DNA from: Deltaproteobacteria bacterium | GTDB lineage: Bacteria; SAR324; NAC60-12 | Assembly (NCBI GenBank): GCA_038150265.1 | Contig: JAYOTF010000012.1 | Location: 1 to 45,153, forward strand | Reading direction: 5' to 3' | Length of the DNA: 45,153 bases | Part shown: positions 19,220 through 28,408 of the stretch, one piece after another | Position numbering within the stretch: the first letter of the stretch is position 1 | Layout: every line of letters begins with the position of its first letter | Notes under the pieces: model-generated | What the model was told of the DNA's origin: nothing | Database searches by the model: none | The model's input: the letters and a program-made list of their open reading frames with translations, nothing else | Program-made: the position numbers and the translations under genes

Positions 19220-19507
19220 TCAGGGCAGTTGAATCACCGGCTCTTCCGGATGCGGACGGTACAGGGTCAGAGTCCGGCCCATCGTCTGGACCACCTGGAT
19301 GCCATGGAACCCTTCCAACTGGGCGGCACAGCCCTTCTTGTCGTCAGGCGCCTCTTCCAGAACCTTGACCTTCAGGAGTTCATGACGGTCCAGGCTGGCC
19401 TCCAGCTCCTTGAGAAAGGCCTCGGTGAGTCCAGCTTTGCCAATGTGGAGCAACGGTTTGAGGGAGTGGGCCAGACCCCGGAGGTAGCGTTTTTGTTTCC
19501 CGTTCAT
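19220..19507 (-). CDS. yhbY: YhbY/CRM-domain ribosome assembly RNA-binding protein (95 aa)
   Basis: 'MNGKQKRYLRGLAHSLKP', 'IGKAGL', 'HELLKVK', 'GRTLTLYR'. Confidence 0.93.
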   Translation of the reverse strand: MNGKQKRYLRGLAHSLKPLLHIGKAGLTEAFLKELEASLDRHELLKVKVLEEAPDDKKGCAAQLEGFHGIQVVQTMGRTLTLYRPHPEEPVIQLP

Positions 19508-19591
19508 AGAGGAGGTGACACCAATGAGGGTTCGGGTGAGGAGACAGGGGCGGGGGGAAGGCCTCCCCCTGCCAAGCACGCAAAACGGTCA

Positions 19592-19620
19592 AATCTATCA
19601 ACCCTTGCAGGGGGAAACAA
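19592..19620 (-). promoter_or_regulatory. Putative sigma70 promoter for yhbY-metG
   Basis: Minus strand TTGTTT-N17-TAGATT with a TGn extended -10, in the ispH-yhbY intergenic gap. Confidence 0.45.
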
Positions 19621-19639
19621 GTTCATTTCACCGAGTCCG

Positions 19640-20593
19640 TCAGGCTGGGACGGGTGCCTGGCGCAACACGGCCGGAAGGGCGAAGGTCACATCCTCCTTG
19701 ACCAGCTCCAGCTCCCGGACGGTGCTCTGTTCCGCCAGGGAACGCAGGTGCGTCACGATGCTCTGCACAATGTCTTCCGGAGCCGATGCCCCGGCGGTGA
19801 TGCCGATGCGCGTTGCCCCTTCCAGCCAGGCAGGATCAACCTGATCTGCAGACTCAATGCGATGTGACTCCACCCCCACGGCTCGGGCGACTTCCACCAG
19901 CCGGACCGTATTCGAGCTGTTCTGAGCCCCAACCACCAGGACCAGATCCACCTCTTGGGCCAGCGCCTTGACCGCATTTTGCCGGTTTTGGGTCGCATAG
20001 CAGATGTCATCTTTTGCCGGACCTTCAATGTGAGGGAAGCGATTCCGGAGGGCCTCAATGATCTCGGCCGTGTCATCCAGCGAAAGCGTCGTCTGCGTCA
20101 GGTAGGCCATCGGCGTTTCCGGAGGCAGGTCCAGCTGCGCCACTTCTTCCACAGAGCCCACCACCAGCGTCTGGTCGGGGGCTTCGCCAACGGTGCCTTC
20201 GACTTCCACATGATCGCGGTGGCCCACGAGGATGATCGTGTGGTTCTTGCTGGCATACCGCTTTGCCTCGCCATGGACCTTCGTCACCAGCGGACAGGTG
20301 GCGTCAATCACCTCCAGCTTGCGCGCCACCGCTTCTTCCCGAACCGCAGGCGAGACGCCATGAGCCGAGAAGATGGCATGGGCGCCTTCCGGAACGTCTT
20401 CCAGGTTTTCCACAAAAATCACCCCCTGCTCTCGCAGGCGGCTGACGACATGGGGGTTGTGGACAATTTCGTGGCGTACATAAATCGGAGGTCCGTAGCG
20501 CTCCAGGGCCTTTTCCACAATGGTGATGGCACGGTCCACTCCGGCACAAAATCCCCGCGGACTCGCGAGCACAAGGTCGAGTTGAGAAATCAT
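19640..20593 (-). CDS. ispH: 4-hydroxy-3-methylbut-2-enyl diphosphate reductase
   Basis: 'PRGFCAGV', 'IVHN', 'SAHG', 'DATCPLV', 'QTT', 'ICYATQNRQ', 'TAGASAPE'. Confidence 0.98.
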   Translation of the reverse strand: MISQLDLVLASPRGFCAGVDRAITIVEKALERYGPPIYVRHEIVHNPHVVSRLREQGVIFVENLEDVPEGAHAIFSAHGVSPAVREEAVARKLEVIDATCPLVTKVHGEAKRYASKNHTIILVGHRDHVEVEGTVGEAPDQTLVVGSVEEVAQLDLPPETPMAYLTQTTLSLDDTAEIIEALRNRFPHIEGPAKDDICYATQNRQNAVKALAQEVDLVLVVGAQNSSNTVRLVEVARAVGVESHRIESADQVDPAWLEGATRIGITAGASAPEDIVQSIVTHLRSLAEQSTVRELELVKEDVTFALPAVLRQAPVPA

Positions 20594-20687
20594 GAGACGG
20601 CTGTTAGCTGGGTCAAGGGTTGCATGGCTTCATGCCCTCAGTTTAACCTGTTCCCCATGAGGTTGCCAACATGTTCAGGAAATTGCC

Positions 20688-21011
20688 ATGAGTGACGAGC
20701 ACCAGAAACGCCGAAGGCCCATCCAGCGTCCCAACGTCCGGACCAACTTTTATCCCACCTACACCGATGGGGGACTCGACCGGGTCAATCCGGTCCAGGC
20801 GGTCGTGCCCACGCAGTTTCAGCGGGTGATTCCGTACTACGACCTGTCGATGACCAGCACTCGCGATTCCGGAACCGGACCGATGTTCCTTGAGCCCGAA
20901 TACCAGGCTCCGGCATCCCGCCGGCCAGCCGGCCCTCCGCCTCCGGAAGAGCCTCTTTTCAAGCTCCCCAAGCACAGGCGCAAGAAGGTCCGGACCGATT
21001 TCTGGGGTTAG
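20688..21011 (+). CDS. Hypothetical Pro/Arg-rich protein (107 aa)
   Basis: ATG start, fills the gap divergent from ispH, GC3-rich codons, stop overlaps the can stop by 4 nt. Confidence 0.6.
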   Translation: MSDEHQKRRRPIQRPNVRTNFYPTYTDGGLDRVNPVQAVVPTQFQRVIPYYDLSMTSTRDSGTGPMFLEPEYQAPASRRPAGPPPPEEPLFKLPKHRRKKVRTDFWG

Positions 21012-21658
21012 TTCGGGTCCTTTTCGAGCCGAAACACGTAGGGCACCTGCTTGGAGCTGGAAATGGTCACCTCCAGGTCCTTCACCAGTCCGGTCTCAAT
21101 CTGATACACCCACCCGTGTACCGTCAGGTTCTTCCCACGGCGCCAGGCTTCCTGGACAATGTTCGTTGCCGTGAGGCGCTCCACCTGGTTGATGACGTTG
21201 AGCTCGCACATGCGGTCCCAGCGCTCCTGATCACTCATGGCATCCAGCTCCTCCTGATCGCGCTGGTAGAGGTAGCGGATGATGGAGATCCAGTTGTCGA
21301 TCAACCCGAAGCTGCGGTGTTCCATAGCCGCTCGAACGCCTCCGCAGCCGTAGTGCCCGCAGATGATGACGTGCTCAATCTCAAGGACCTCCACCGCGTA
21401 CTGGAGCACCGACAGGCAGTTCATGTCGGTATGGAAGACCAGGTTGGCAATGTTCCGGTGAACAAACAGCTCCCCCGGGTGCATGCCGATGATTTCATTC
21501 GCAGGCACCCGGCTGTCTGAGCAGCCGATCCAGAGGTAGTTCGGCTCCTGCTTGCCTGACAGTCGCTGGAAGTAACCCGGGTCTCGGGACTCATGCTGCC
21601 GGGCCCAGTAACGGTTGTTTTCCAGCAGTTCCTCAACGGGGCGGAGTTTCTTGTTCAT
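21008..21658 (-). CDS. can: Beta-class carbonic anhydrase (216 aa)
   Basis: 'WIGCSDSRVP', 'FVHRNIAN', 'GHYGCGG'; ATG at 21658 overlaps the dapA stop (ATGA). Confidence 0.96.
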   Translation of the reverse strand: MNKKLRPVEELLENNRYWARQHESRDPGYFQRLSGKQEPNYLWIGCSDSRVPANEIIGMHPGELFVHRNIANLVFHTDMNCLSVLQYAVEVLEIEHVIICGHYGCGGVRAAMEHRSFGLIDNWISIIRYLYQRDQEELDAMSDQERWDRMCELNVINQVERLTATNIVQEAWRRGKNLTVHGWVYQIETGLVKDLEVTISSSKQVPYVFRLEKDPN

Positions 21659-22560
21659 ACGATGACGAAGTCCTTGTCCTGCATCACGGAGATGGAGGAG
21701 CCCACCCAATTTTCGGTCCCCAAGGCGTCAAACAGCTGCACCGCTTCTTCCCGGGCGGATGCCTCCAGGGGCACATAGGGCAACCGGAAAACGGGCTGGA
21801 TCACGCCGAGCATGCTGAGCAGCGTGTTCAGGCCGTTTGGACTCGGCACCTGAAACAGCCACGCAAACAGGGGCTGCAGCTGCTCATTCAACTCCGGATC
21901 ATCCGCATCCATCAAGCGCCGCATCAAGGCCGGAACCACATTTCCCGCCACCGAGATGACCCCATGGGCCTGACTGCGGTGACGTCCCTCGAAGCACTGG
22001 TCGTCATTGCCTGACCAGCAGGCGATGCCCTGAGCCTCGTAGTGGGCCATGCGGTCGTTCCCGGCGCACTCCTTCACGCCCAGGAAGTTCGCGTGCTGCG
22101 CCAGCTCCTCAATCAACTCCGGAGCCAGGTCCTGCCCCGTCCGGGAGGGGACGTTGTAAACGATCGCGGGGCCCAGGTCCAGCAAGCGCTGAAAGTGGGC
22201 CCGCAGCCCAGGCTCTGAAGCCTTGCCGTAGTAGGGATTGATCTGCAGCGCGGCATGCATGCCCACGGAAAATCCATACCGGGTCGCCTTCTCAGCCTCG
22301 CGGGTGTTGTTGCTGCCCGTGTTGCCGATCACCACCACGCGGTCCCCAAAGCGATCAACGGTGTGGGCGATGAGCATCAGCTCCTCCTCCCAGTCCATCA
22401 GGTGCCCTTCCCCAGTGGTGCCGGCCACCACAAATCCCTCCACTCCCGCCTGGATCTGGGCCTCGGCCAGACGGTCGTAGGCGTCGAGATCAATTTCACC
22501 GTTGGGCAGATACGGGGTCTTGATGGCGGTCATCAGCCGAGAGGAGAGAATGCGTTCCAT
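21655..22560 (-). CDS. dapA: 4-hydroxy-tetrahydrodipicolinate synthase, plant-like subtype
   Basis: 'TAIKTPY', 'GTTGEG', 'GNTGSN', 'PYYGK', 'YNVPSRT', 'GVKEC', 'WSGNDD', 'GVISV'. Confidence 0.95.
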   Translation of the reverse strand: MERILSSRLMTAIKTPYLPNGEIDLDAYDRLAEAQIQAGVEGFVVAGTTGEGHLMDWEEELMLIAHTVDRFGDRVVVIGNTGSNNTREAEKATRYGFSVGMHAALQINPYYGKASEPGLRAHFQRLLDLGPAIVYNVPSRTGQDLAPELIEELAQHANFLGVKECAGNDRMAHYEAQGIACWSGNDDQCFEGRHRSQAHGVISVAGNVVPALMRRLMDADDPELNEQLQPLFAWLFQVPSPNGLNTLLSMLGVIQPVFRLPYVPLEASAREEAVQLFDALGTENWVGSSISVMQDKDFVIV

Positions 22561-22596
22561 AACTTTTGTGGGGAAGGGGCCGAAGGGCCCAGGGTT

Positions 22597-23046
22597 TCAG
22601 GGTGCTTTTTGGAGATGCGCTTCGTAATAGCGGGTGTAGAGGTCGCCCCGGTCGGGAAACCGGACGCCATAGACGTTGCTGCGCAGTTCCGGACGGAAGA
22701 AGCTGTTTTCAATGGTCCCGACCCACTGATCGGTCAGGTGCTGAGGCAGCATGATCTGGACACGATCGCCAGGCTGAAAGGCCGGATTGACCGCCTGGGG
22801 CATGGGGCACACGGGCTGGCCGTTGGCGGTGTCGCCGTAGCAGATCCAGGAGGCTCGGATGATCACGCCAGTCCGGTCGGGCCCTCCATGAGTGGCCACG
22901 TAGTCATCCGGAGCAAAGGTGGTGGTGACAATGGAGGAGCGGTTGGTGGTTCGGTCAAAGACCTCCAGTTCAAACGCCCGGTACTCCGCCTGAGCCGCTG
23001 TGGCCAGCAGCAGCAGGCCTCCCATGAGCGCCACGCCCCTGCTCAC
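22597..23046 (-). CDS. Exported hypothetical protein with possible C-terminal SH3-like domain
   Basis: GTG overlaps the upstream stop (alternative ATG nearby); signal peptide ending AQA; two Cys; 'FQPGDRVQI...GTI...YGVRF'. Confidence 0.7.
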   Translation of the reverse strand: MSRGVALMGGLLLLATAAQAEYRAFELEVFDRTTNRSSIVTTTFAPDDYVATHGGPDRTGVIIRASWICYGDTANGQPVCPMPQAVNPAFQPGDRVQIMLPQHLTDQWVGTIENSFFRPELRSNVYGVRFPDRGDLYTRYYEAHLQKAP

Positions 23047-23882
23047 TTCACGGCTCCTTCCAGCTGGGCGCCCTCGAACTTGGCGCCCGTGTCATTGACG
23101 CCGACCATGCCCGCGCCATCAAAGTTGCTCCCTGAAAAGTCCCCTTGCGTCAGCACGGCGTTCTTCATGTTGGAGTCCTTGAAGTTGGTCCGGAGGCCAC
23201 GGGCATACGCCATCACCGCAGAGCTGAGGTTGGCCAGCTCCAGGTTGGTGTTGCTCAGGGTCGCGGCAAACAGGTTCGCGGCCCCCAGCCCGGCTTCATG
23301 AAGCGAGGCCATGGTGAAGTCACAGAAATCCAGACGGGCCTCGTTGAGGTCGGAGCCATCGAGTTTGGCCCCAATGAAGAGCGACCCCCGGAAGTCGGCA
23401 CCGCCTCCGGTCAGGTGGAAGGCATCGGAGGCCGTAAAGTCGGAGGCGTGCAGCATCGCTCCCATGAAGTTCGCCTTGGTCACCAGGCTGCTGGAAAAGT
23501 CACAGAGGAAGCCCTTGACGTTGAGGAAGATCGCATGATCCATCAGGCAGCCACTGAAGCTGGTGTGCTCCAGGCTGCACTGCCGGAGGTTGATCTCCGT
23601 CATGACGCTGTCCTTGAAGTCGGTGTGGCTGAGGTCGCAGTTGTAAAGCGCCACCTCACGCATGCTGGTTCCCACCAGCTCGCAGTTGCTCATGTTGCAG
23701 CTGTCAAAGCGCGCATAGTCGAGGAAGGCCCCATTGAAGTCGCTGCCTTCGAGCTTGCACTTCCGGAAGTCGCCGCCCTCCAGCAACAGGCCGGTCAGGT
23801 TGAGGCCGCTGAGGTCTACATCCTTGAGGGGCTCGCGACGCTTCACACGCCGTTCCAGTTCTTCTCGCGTGATGTCTGCCAT
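23043..23882 (-). CDS. Pentapeptide repeat protein
   Basis: Continuous A-[DN]-[LF]-x-x periodicity across nearly all 279 aa (e.g. ANLFAATLSNTNLELANLSS). Confidence 0.95.
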   Translation of the reverse strand: MADITREELERRVKRREPLKDVDLSGLNLTGLLLEGGDFRKCKLEGSDFNGAFLDYARFDSCNMSNCELVGTSMREVALYNCDLSHTDFKDSVMTEINLRQCSLEHTSFSGCLMDHAIFLNVKGFLCDFSSSLVTKANFMGAMLHASDFTASDAFHLTGGGADFRGSLFIGAKLDGSDLNEARLDFCDFTMASLHEAGLGAANLFAATLSNTNLELANLSSAVMAYARGLRTNFKDSNMKNAVLTQGDFSGSNFDGAGMVGVNDTGAKFEGAQLEGAVK

Positions 23883-23888
23883 GACGTC

Positions 23889-25550
23889 TCAGCTCGGGAT
23901 TTTGATGAAGCGGTGTTGGTGCTTGGCCACCAGGTCGGCCGCAGGACGGGCCTGAATGCCGGTCTGCACAAACTGGTAGGCCATGGCGGTCGCAGGGCTC
24001 ATGACATTGAAGCGCATGCGCCGGATGTTGATCACAGTCCCGGGCTGCACCCGTCCGTTGATGAAGAGGATGCCTCCGTCCAGCTCTTCATTTTGCCGAG
24101 AAATGGACTGCTGGGCTTCGATCTTGCGCATGTCCCCGAACAGCCCCCGGCAGATCTTCCGGGCCTCGACCATGATCTCTTCGGTCCCTGCCTGTGGGGT
24201 CGGGAAGCGGTCGGGGAAGCCCTCCAGCTTTTCCGAAAGCTCCTTCAGCTGATCCTGGAAGTCGTAGAAGTTCGTCTTGAGCTTCTCCTCCAGCGCTCGG
24301 AAGGCCTTCCGGTTGTTGAGGGAGATGCCGACCTCAATGGTGGTCACGGGGCCAGAGGGTTCTTCAGCAGCCGACGCTCCCTCTTCCGGAGGCAGCTCGT
24401 CTTCCGGCTTGTTCTCTCCCACATTGGAGAGGCGCATGAGGTTTCCCGCCTGAATGAATCCGCCGGTGACGTATCCGGTCTTTTCCAAGACCTGGATCGA
24501 AATGCCCGCCATGACCTTGGAGTTGATGGAATGCGTGTGGAGCAAAACGTGCTCCCCGGCAATCACCTGAGCCTCATCAAAGGAGTCGGCAATGACGGAT
24601 CCTCCAGCCTGAATCATGCTGCCGATCGCCGCCTGAGCCAGCCGGATGTTTCCGGTTGCCCGGAGCTTGGCCTTGCCCACGGTGCCGCCCACATCAAGGC
24701 TCACGCCTTCAACACTGAAGCGATCCGAAATGTTTCCACGCACCCGCACCACCCCATCGAAGCGGACGTGTCCGGACTTGGCATCCACCTTTTCCACAAC
24801 CTTGACGGCTTCCACGGAAAGGACGTTGCCGATCTGGCACACCACCCCATCCTTTGTTGCCACAATGTGCTCACGGGTGGCATCGTAGCTCGTGTTGCGG
24901 CCCGACCGGATGTGGTACGTCTTGCCGGAGGCAGCAGCCGTCACCCGGCCGGTGATGGTGTACCCGTCTTCGCCCACAGTCGGAGGATGCAAACGGGCCA
25001 ACGGCGCACCCGCCTTGACCTCCAGGAAGTGTGGAATCTCACGCAGGTTCACCCGGACTCCCGCTGGAGGGCGCTGGGCTTCTGGAATGAACAGCAGCTC
25101 CGCATAGCCGTCTGCGCCATCCACAGGCGGGCGTCCGTGTGCCACCAGCGTTGGGTCGTAATACACCTGCTGGTCAATCATCTGCTGGACGCGTTCCTTG
25201 TCCACCCCCTGCACCACATTCTTTTCCTTGAGGGCCGCCAGGATGCGGTCAATCGTCAGGGGCTCCTGAGGGTTTTGCGGGGGAATGATGTTGACATAGG
25301 CCTCCTGCTCATTGTTGACCAGCTCCACCTGGATCACAAAGTCGCGGGTGACCTGATCACACAGGAACTCAAAGGCCCCAGACGAGCGCTCATGGATTTC
25401 AAGCAGGCGCTCAGGCAGGTAGTCGACGTCCATGAGGTGGAGGTCGGCCTGAATGTCATCCAGGTTGGCAGTTTCGGCTCCAACCAGCTGCGGAGGAATG
25501 CGCAGCATGATCTTGCCGTCAACAACGGAGATTTTGTAAAGCTCAGCCAT
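23889..25550 (-). CDS. FapA / DUF342 family protein (flagellar assembly protein A-like)
   Basis: 'ILAALKEKNVVQGVD', 'VAHGRPPVDGADG', 'GEDGYTITG', 'SGHVRFDGVVRVRGNI', beta-helix repeats, coiled coil, 'GRVQPGTVINI'. Confidence 0.88.
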   Translation of the reverse strand: MAELYKISVVDGKIMLRIPPQLVGAETANLDDIQADLHLMDVDYLPERLLEIHERSSGAFEFLCDQVTRDFVIQVELVNNEQEAYVNIIPPQNPQEPLTIDRILAALKEKNVVQGVDKERVQQMIDQQVYYDPTLVAHGRPPVDGADGYAELLFIPEAQRPPAGVRVNLREIPHFLEVKAGAPLARLHPPTVGEDGYTITGRVTAAASGKTYHIRSGRNTSYDATREHIVATKDGVVCQIGNVLSVEAVKVVEKVDAKSGHVRFDGVVRVRGNISDRFSVEGVSLDVGGTVGKAKLRATGNIRLAQAAIGSMIQAGGSVIADSFDEAQVIAGEHVLLHTHSINSKVMAGISIQVLEKTGYVTGGFIQAGNLMRLSNVGENKPEDELPPEEGASAAEEPSGPVTTIEVGISLNNRKAFRALEEKLKTNFYDFQDQLKELSEKLEGFPDRFPTPQAGTEEIMVEARKICRGLFGDMRKIEAQQSISRQNEELDGGILFINGRVQPGTVINIRRMRFNVMSPATAMAYQFVQTGIQARPAADLVAKHQHRFIKIPS

Positions 25551-25568
25551 GGGCTTGTTGCAAGCGGG

Positions 25569-26321
25569 TCAGACGTTGGCGGAAGCAGACTCCTGCTGGG
25601 CTCCCAACAGCGCCTGGCGTTCCTGAGCAGTAAGGAGACGCGATTCGCCCGGACTCAATTCGCCCAGGGTCAGGGAGCCAATGCGAAAGCGTTTGATTTT
25701 CAGAACCGGAAAGCCAATCTGCCGGAACATCTTCTTGATCTGCTGGTTGCTGCCTTCGCGCAACGAGACCTCCAGCCAGGTCTTGTCGTTGCGGTTGTGG
25801 AGGATCTTGATGCGGGTCCGCTGGTGCGCCCGTCCCTCAATGACCGGTCCACTCTTGAGGGGCTGCAGGGCCTCGTTGCCCACCACGCCCTTGACCTTGA
25901 CGAAGTAGCTCTTCCAGACCTTGTGCCGTGGATGGGCCAGCTGGTTGGAAAACTCTCCATCGTTGGTCAGCAGGATCAGCCCTTCTGCGTCATAGTCGAG
26001 GCGCCCCACCGGGAAAAGCCGCACATTGGTTTTGGGGAAGAACTGGCGGATCGTCACCCGTCCTTCCGGATCCTTCAGGGTCGTGATGCAATTCTTGGGC
26101 TTGTAAAGCGCATAGACCACGGTCTTGACCGGCCCTTCCGTGCGGACCCGGGAGCCCTCCACCCGGAGGTCGTCACCGGGAAGCATCGTCTGGCCCAGTG
26201 TGGCCACCGTGCCATTGACCGTCACCAGCCCCTGGGAGATCAGCTCCTCGGCCTCACGACGCGAGGCCAGGCCGGCCTGGGCAATGGCTTTTTGAATGCG
26301 GATGGGTTTGGGACCACTCAT
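25569..26321 (-). CDS. rluB: rRNA pseudouridine synthase, RsuA/RluB family with S4 domain
   Basis: 'RIQKAIAQAGLASRREAE', 'KP', 'VGRLDYDAEGL', 'LTNDG'. Confidence 0.9.
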   Translation of the reverse strand: MSGPKPIRIQKAIAQAGLASRREAEELISQGLVTVNGTVATLGQTMLPGDDLRVEGSRVRTEGPVKTVVYALYKPKNCITTLKDPEGRVTIRQFFPKTNVRLFPVGRLDYDAEGLILLTNDGEFSNQLAHPRHKVWKSYFVKVKGVVGNEALQPLKSGPVIEGRAHQRTRIKILHNRNDKTWLEVSLREGSNQQIKKMFRQIGFPVLKIKRFRIGSLTLGELSPGESRLLTAQERQALLGAQQESASANV

Positions 26322-27055
26322 GATTTATTTGCGGGGAACGAGTCGGGGTAATTCTTCAACAGCTCTAACGCCTGACGAGCAGCCGCCTGTCCGGCGAGTT
26401 TCTTGCTGGGCCCGGTGCCACGTCCGAGCTCAAGGTCGTCCAGGCACACAGACATCACAAACTCCTTCTGATGATCCGGGCCCGTCTCTTCCAGCAGCAC
26501 ATAGGTGGCGGGCTTGTTCAGCAGTTGCTGGGTCCGCTCCTGCAGCTCGGACTTGAAGTCCCGCGAGACAAAGGCGTCTGCAGACTGCGGCAGGTTCGGC
26601 TCCAGCAGCTGGCGGATCACGCGTCCAATGGCGTTCACCCCCTCTGTGTGACAGCTGTCCAGGTAGATTGCAGCAAAGACCGCTTCCAGGGCATCTGAGA
26701 GCAAAGACGGCTTGTCGCGCCCTCCCGTCAGGTCCTCTCCCTTCCCGAGGACCAGGAACTCACCGAGTCCAATGGAGCGCGCCATGCGGTTCAGGCCGGC
26801 TTCATTGACCAGGCTGGCCCGAATCTTGGAGAGCCCTCCCTCATCAAGGTCCGGAAAGCGCTCCATCAGCAATTCGCTGGTGACCAGCCCCAGGACGGCG
26901 TCTCCGAGGAATTCCAGACGCTCATTGCTGGGGAGCGGGTTGCCCTCGTCATCAAATGGGCACGACTTGTGGGTCAGGGCTTCCTGGAGCAGCTGCCCGT
27001 TCTGGAATTCGTACCCCAAGCGGGCGCACAGCTCCCTGGCCGCGGCACCAACCAT
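26318..27055 (-). CDS. rnc: Ribonuclease III
   Basis: 'ALTHKS', signature 'NERLEFLGDAVL', 'DALEA', dsRBD 'DFKSELQE...GPDH...SKKLA'. Confidence 0.97.
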   Translation of the reverse strand: MVGAAARELCARLGYEFQNGQLLQEALTHKSCPFDDEGNPLPSNERLEFLGDAVLGLVTSELLMERFPDLDEGGLSKIRASLVNEAGLNRMARSIGLGEFLVLGKGEDLTGGRDKPSLLSDALEAVFAAIYLDSCHTEGVNAIGRVIRQLLEPNLPQSADAFVSRDFKSELQERTQQLLNKPATYVLLEETGPDHQKEFVMSVCLDDLELGRGTGPSKKLAGQAAARQALELLKNYPDSFPANKS

Positions 27056-27058
27056 CAA

Positions 27059-27400
27059 TCAACGCTCACGACGCTTGCACCAGACCCGAATGACCTGGCG
27101 GTTGACCAGTCCCAACGTGGCCACCTGGATGACGGCATCAGACCGCTCCTGCTGCACTTCCAGCTTGGAGACGCCACTGGGGCACGCACTGCGCAGCTCC
27201 ACGGGATCTTCCAGCGGCACCAGCCCCCACGCCAGGGACGTCGCAGGCACGCGGTGGTCGGGCTCGGGACGCAAGGCGTCCATGTCATGATAAAAACGAA
27301 TCGTGTGGCACCCGGAGAGGACCAAGAGGCTTCCTCCCACCACAAGGAGGTTCCGGAGGCGCGATGGGCGGACGGTCTGCAGGAGATTCAGATTGAACAT
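27059..27400 (-). CDS. Bor/Iss family lipoprotein
   Basis: Lipobox 'LSGC' followed by 'HTIRF', 'WGLVP', 'CPSG', 'TLGL', C-terminal 'VWC'. Confidence 0.78.
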   Translation of the reverse strand: MFNLNLLQTVRPSRLRNLLVVGGSLLVLSGCHTIRFYHDMDALRPEPDHRVPATSLAWGLVPLEDPVELRSACPSGVSKLEVQQERSDAVIQVATLGLVNRQVIRVWCKRRER

Positions 27401-27521
27401 TCGGAAGAGATTTGGTCTTCTGCGTGATCTGTGAGCCGGCTCGCGTATCTGGCGAACGTTCGCATGAAATTCCCCGAAATCACGGGTAGATCGAACCAGT
27501 TATATCCCACCTTTTTCTCTC

Positions 27522-28337
27522 ATGACAAGCTTTATTGATACACACTGCCACCTCGATCGCCTGGAACCACCCCCTGCTCAGTCCATTGCCGACGCCCAAT
27601 CCGTGGGGGTGCAAACGCTGATGACCATCTCGGTGAACCGAGAAACCCTGGCCTGGGTCGATGCCCAGTCCCAGGCGCATCCGGACGTTTATGGCAGCCT
27701 GGGCATTCACCCGCATGATGCCGCGGAATACGGCCCAGAGGTGGCTGAGCAGATCCGGACCCGCTGTGCCCACAACCCCAAAGTCCGGGCGATTGGGGAG
27801 ACGGGGCTCGACTACCACTACCACTATGCCGACCGAGCCACCCAGCTCGAGGCCTTCCGGGCCCAGCTGGAGCTGGCAGAAGAGCTGGGGCTGCCCGTGG
27901 TGCTGCACACCCGAGAAGCCGAGGCCGACACGCTGGAAGTCCTCCAGCAGCACCCGGTCTCCCAACGCGGAGTGGCCCACAGCTTCACCGGCTCCCTCGA
28001 AATGGCTCAGACGCTGGTGGACATGGGGTGGTACATTGGCCTCAATGGCATCCTCACCTTCAAGAATGCGGAAGCCCTCCGGGACGTGGCCCGAAACCTT
28101 CCGCTTGATTCCTTGCTCCTGGAAACCGATGCTCCCTTCCTGGCTCCGGTGCCGTTTCGAGGAAAACCCAATGCCCCCGCCCGCATTCCTGTCATTGCGG
28201 ACTACCTGGCCCAACTCCTCGACATTTCCCTGGAGCAGCTTGCAGAACAGACCAATCGGAATGCCCAGACGCTCTTTGGATTTGCCCCCTCCGGAGTCCT
28301 GAATCCGGAAAACGTCCGTTCACCGCTTTCAAGCTGA
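27522..28337 (+). CDS. tatD: TatD family hydrolase (DNase)
   Basis: 'IDTHCHL', 'GIHPH', 'IGETGLDY', 'HTREA', 'HSF', 'ETDAPFL'. Confidence 0.96.
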   Translation: MTSFIDTHCHLDRLEPPPAQSIADAQSVGVQTLMTISVNRETLAWVDAQSQAHPDVYGSLGIHPHDAAEYGPEVAEQIRTRCAHNPKVRAIGETGLDYHYHYADRATQLEAFRAQLELAEELGLPVVLHTREAEADTLEVLQQHPVSQRGVAHSFTGSLEMAQTLVDMGWYIGLNGILTFKNAEALRDVARNLPLDSLLLETDAPFLAPVPFRGKPNAPARIPVIADYLAQLLDISLEQLAEQTNRNAQTLFGFAPSGVLNPENVRSPLSS

Positions 28338-28408
28338 CACGGATTTTGCTTTCCCTGTGTTGATTCGGTTTTTTCTCTCAGAAACCACCCGTAACCTGAT
28401 TTTGCCTT

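Noticed and set aside
17311..19368. 685-aa plus-strand ORF (and similar long antisense ORFs over nuo, the phosphomutase and the sensors)
   Set aside because: Antisense to clearly identified genes, with no recognisable domains.
23145..26351. 1068-aa plus-strand ORF
   Set aside because: Antisense shadow of the pentapeptide, FapA and RluB genes, with no motifs. Such shadows are expected with strong GC3 bias.
28334..28350. Sigma54-like promoter CTGACACGGATTTTGCT upstream of motA
   Set aside because: Spacing and TTGC fit, but the near-invariant -24 GG is GA, so it is not supportable without transcription start data.
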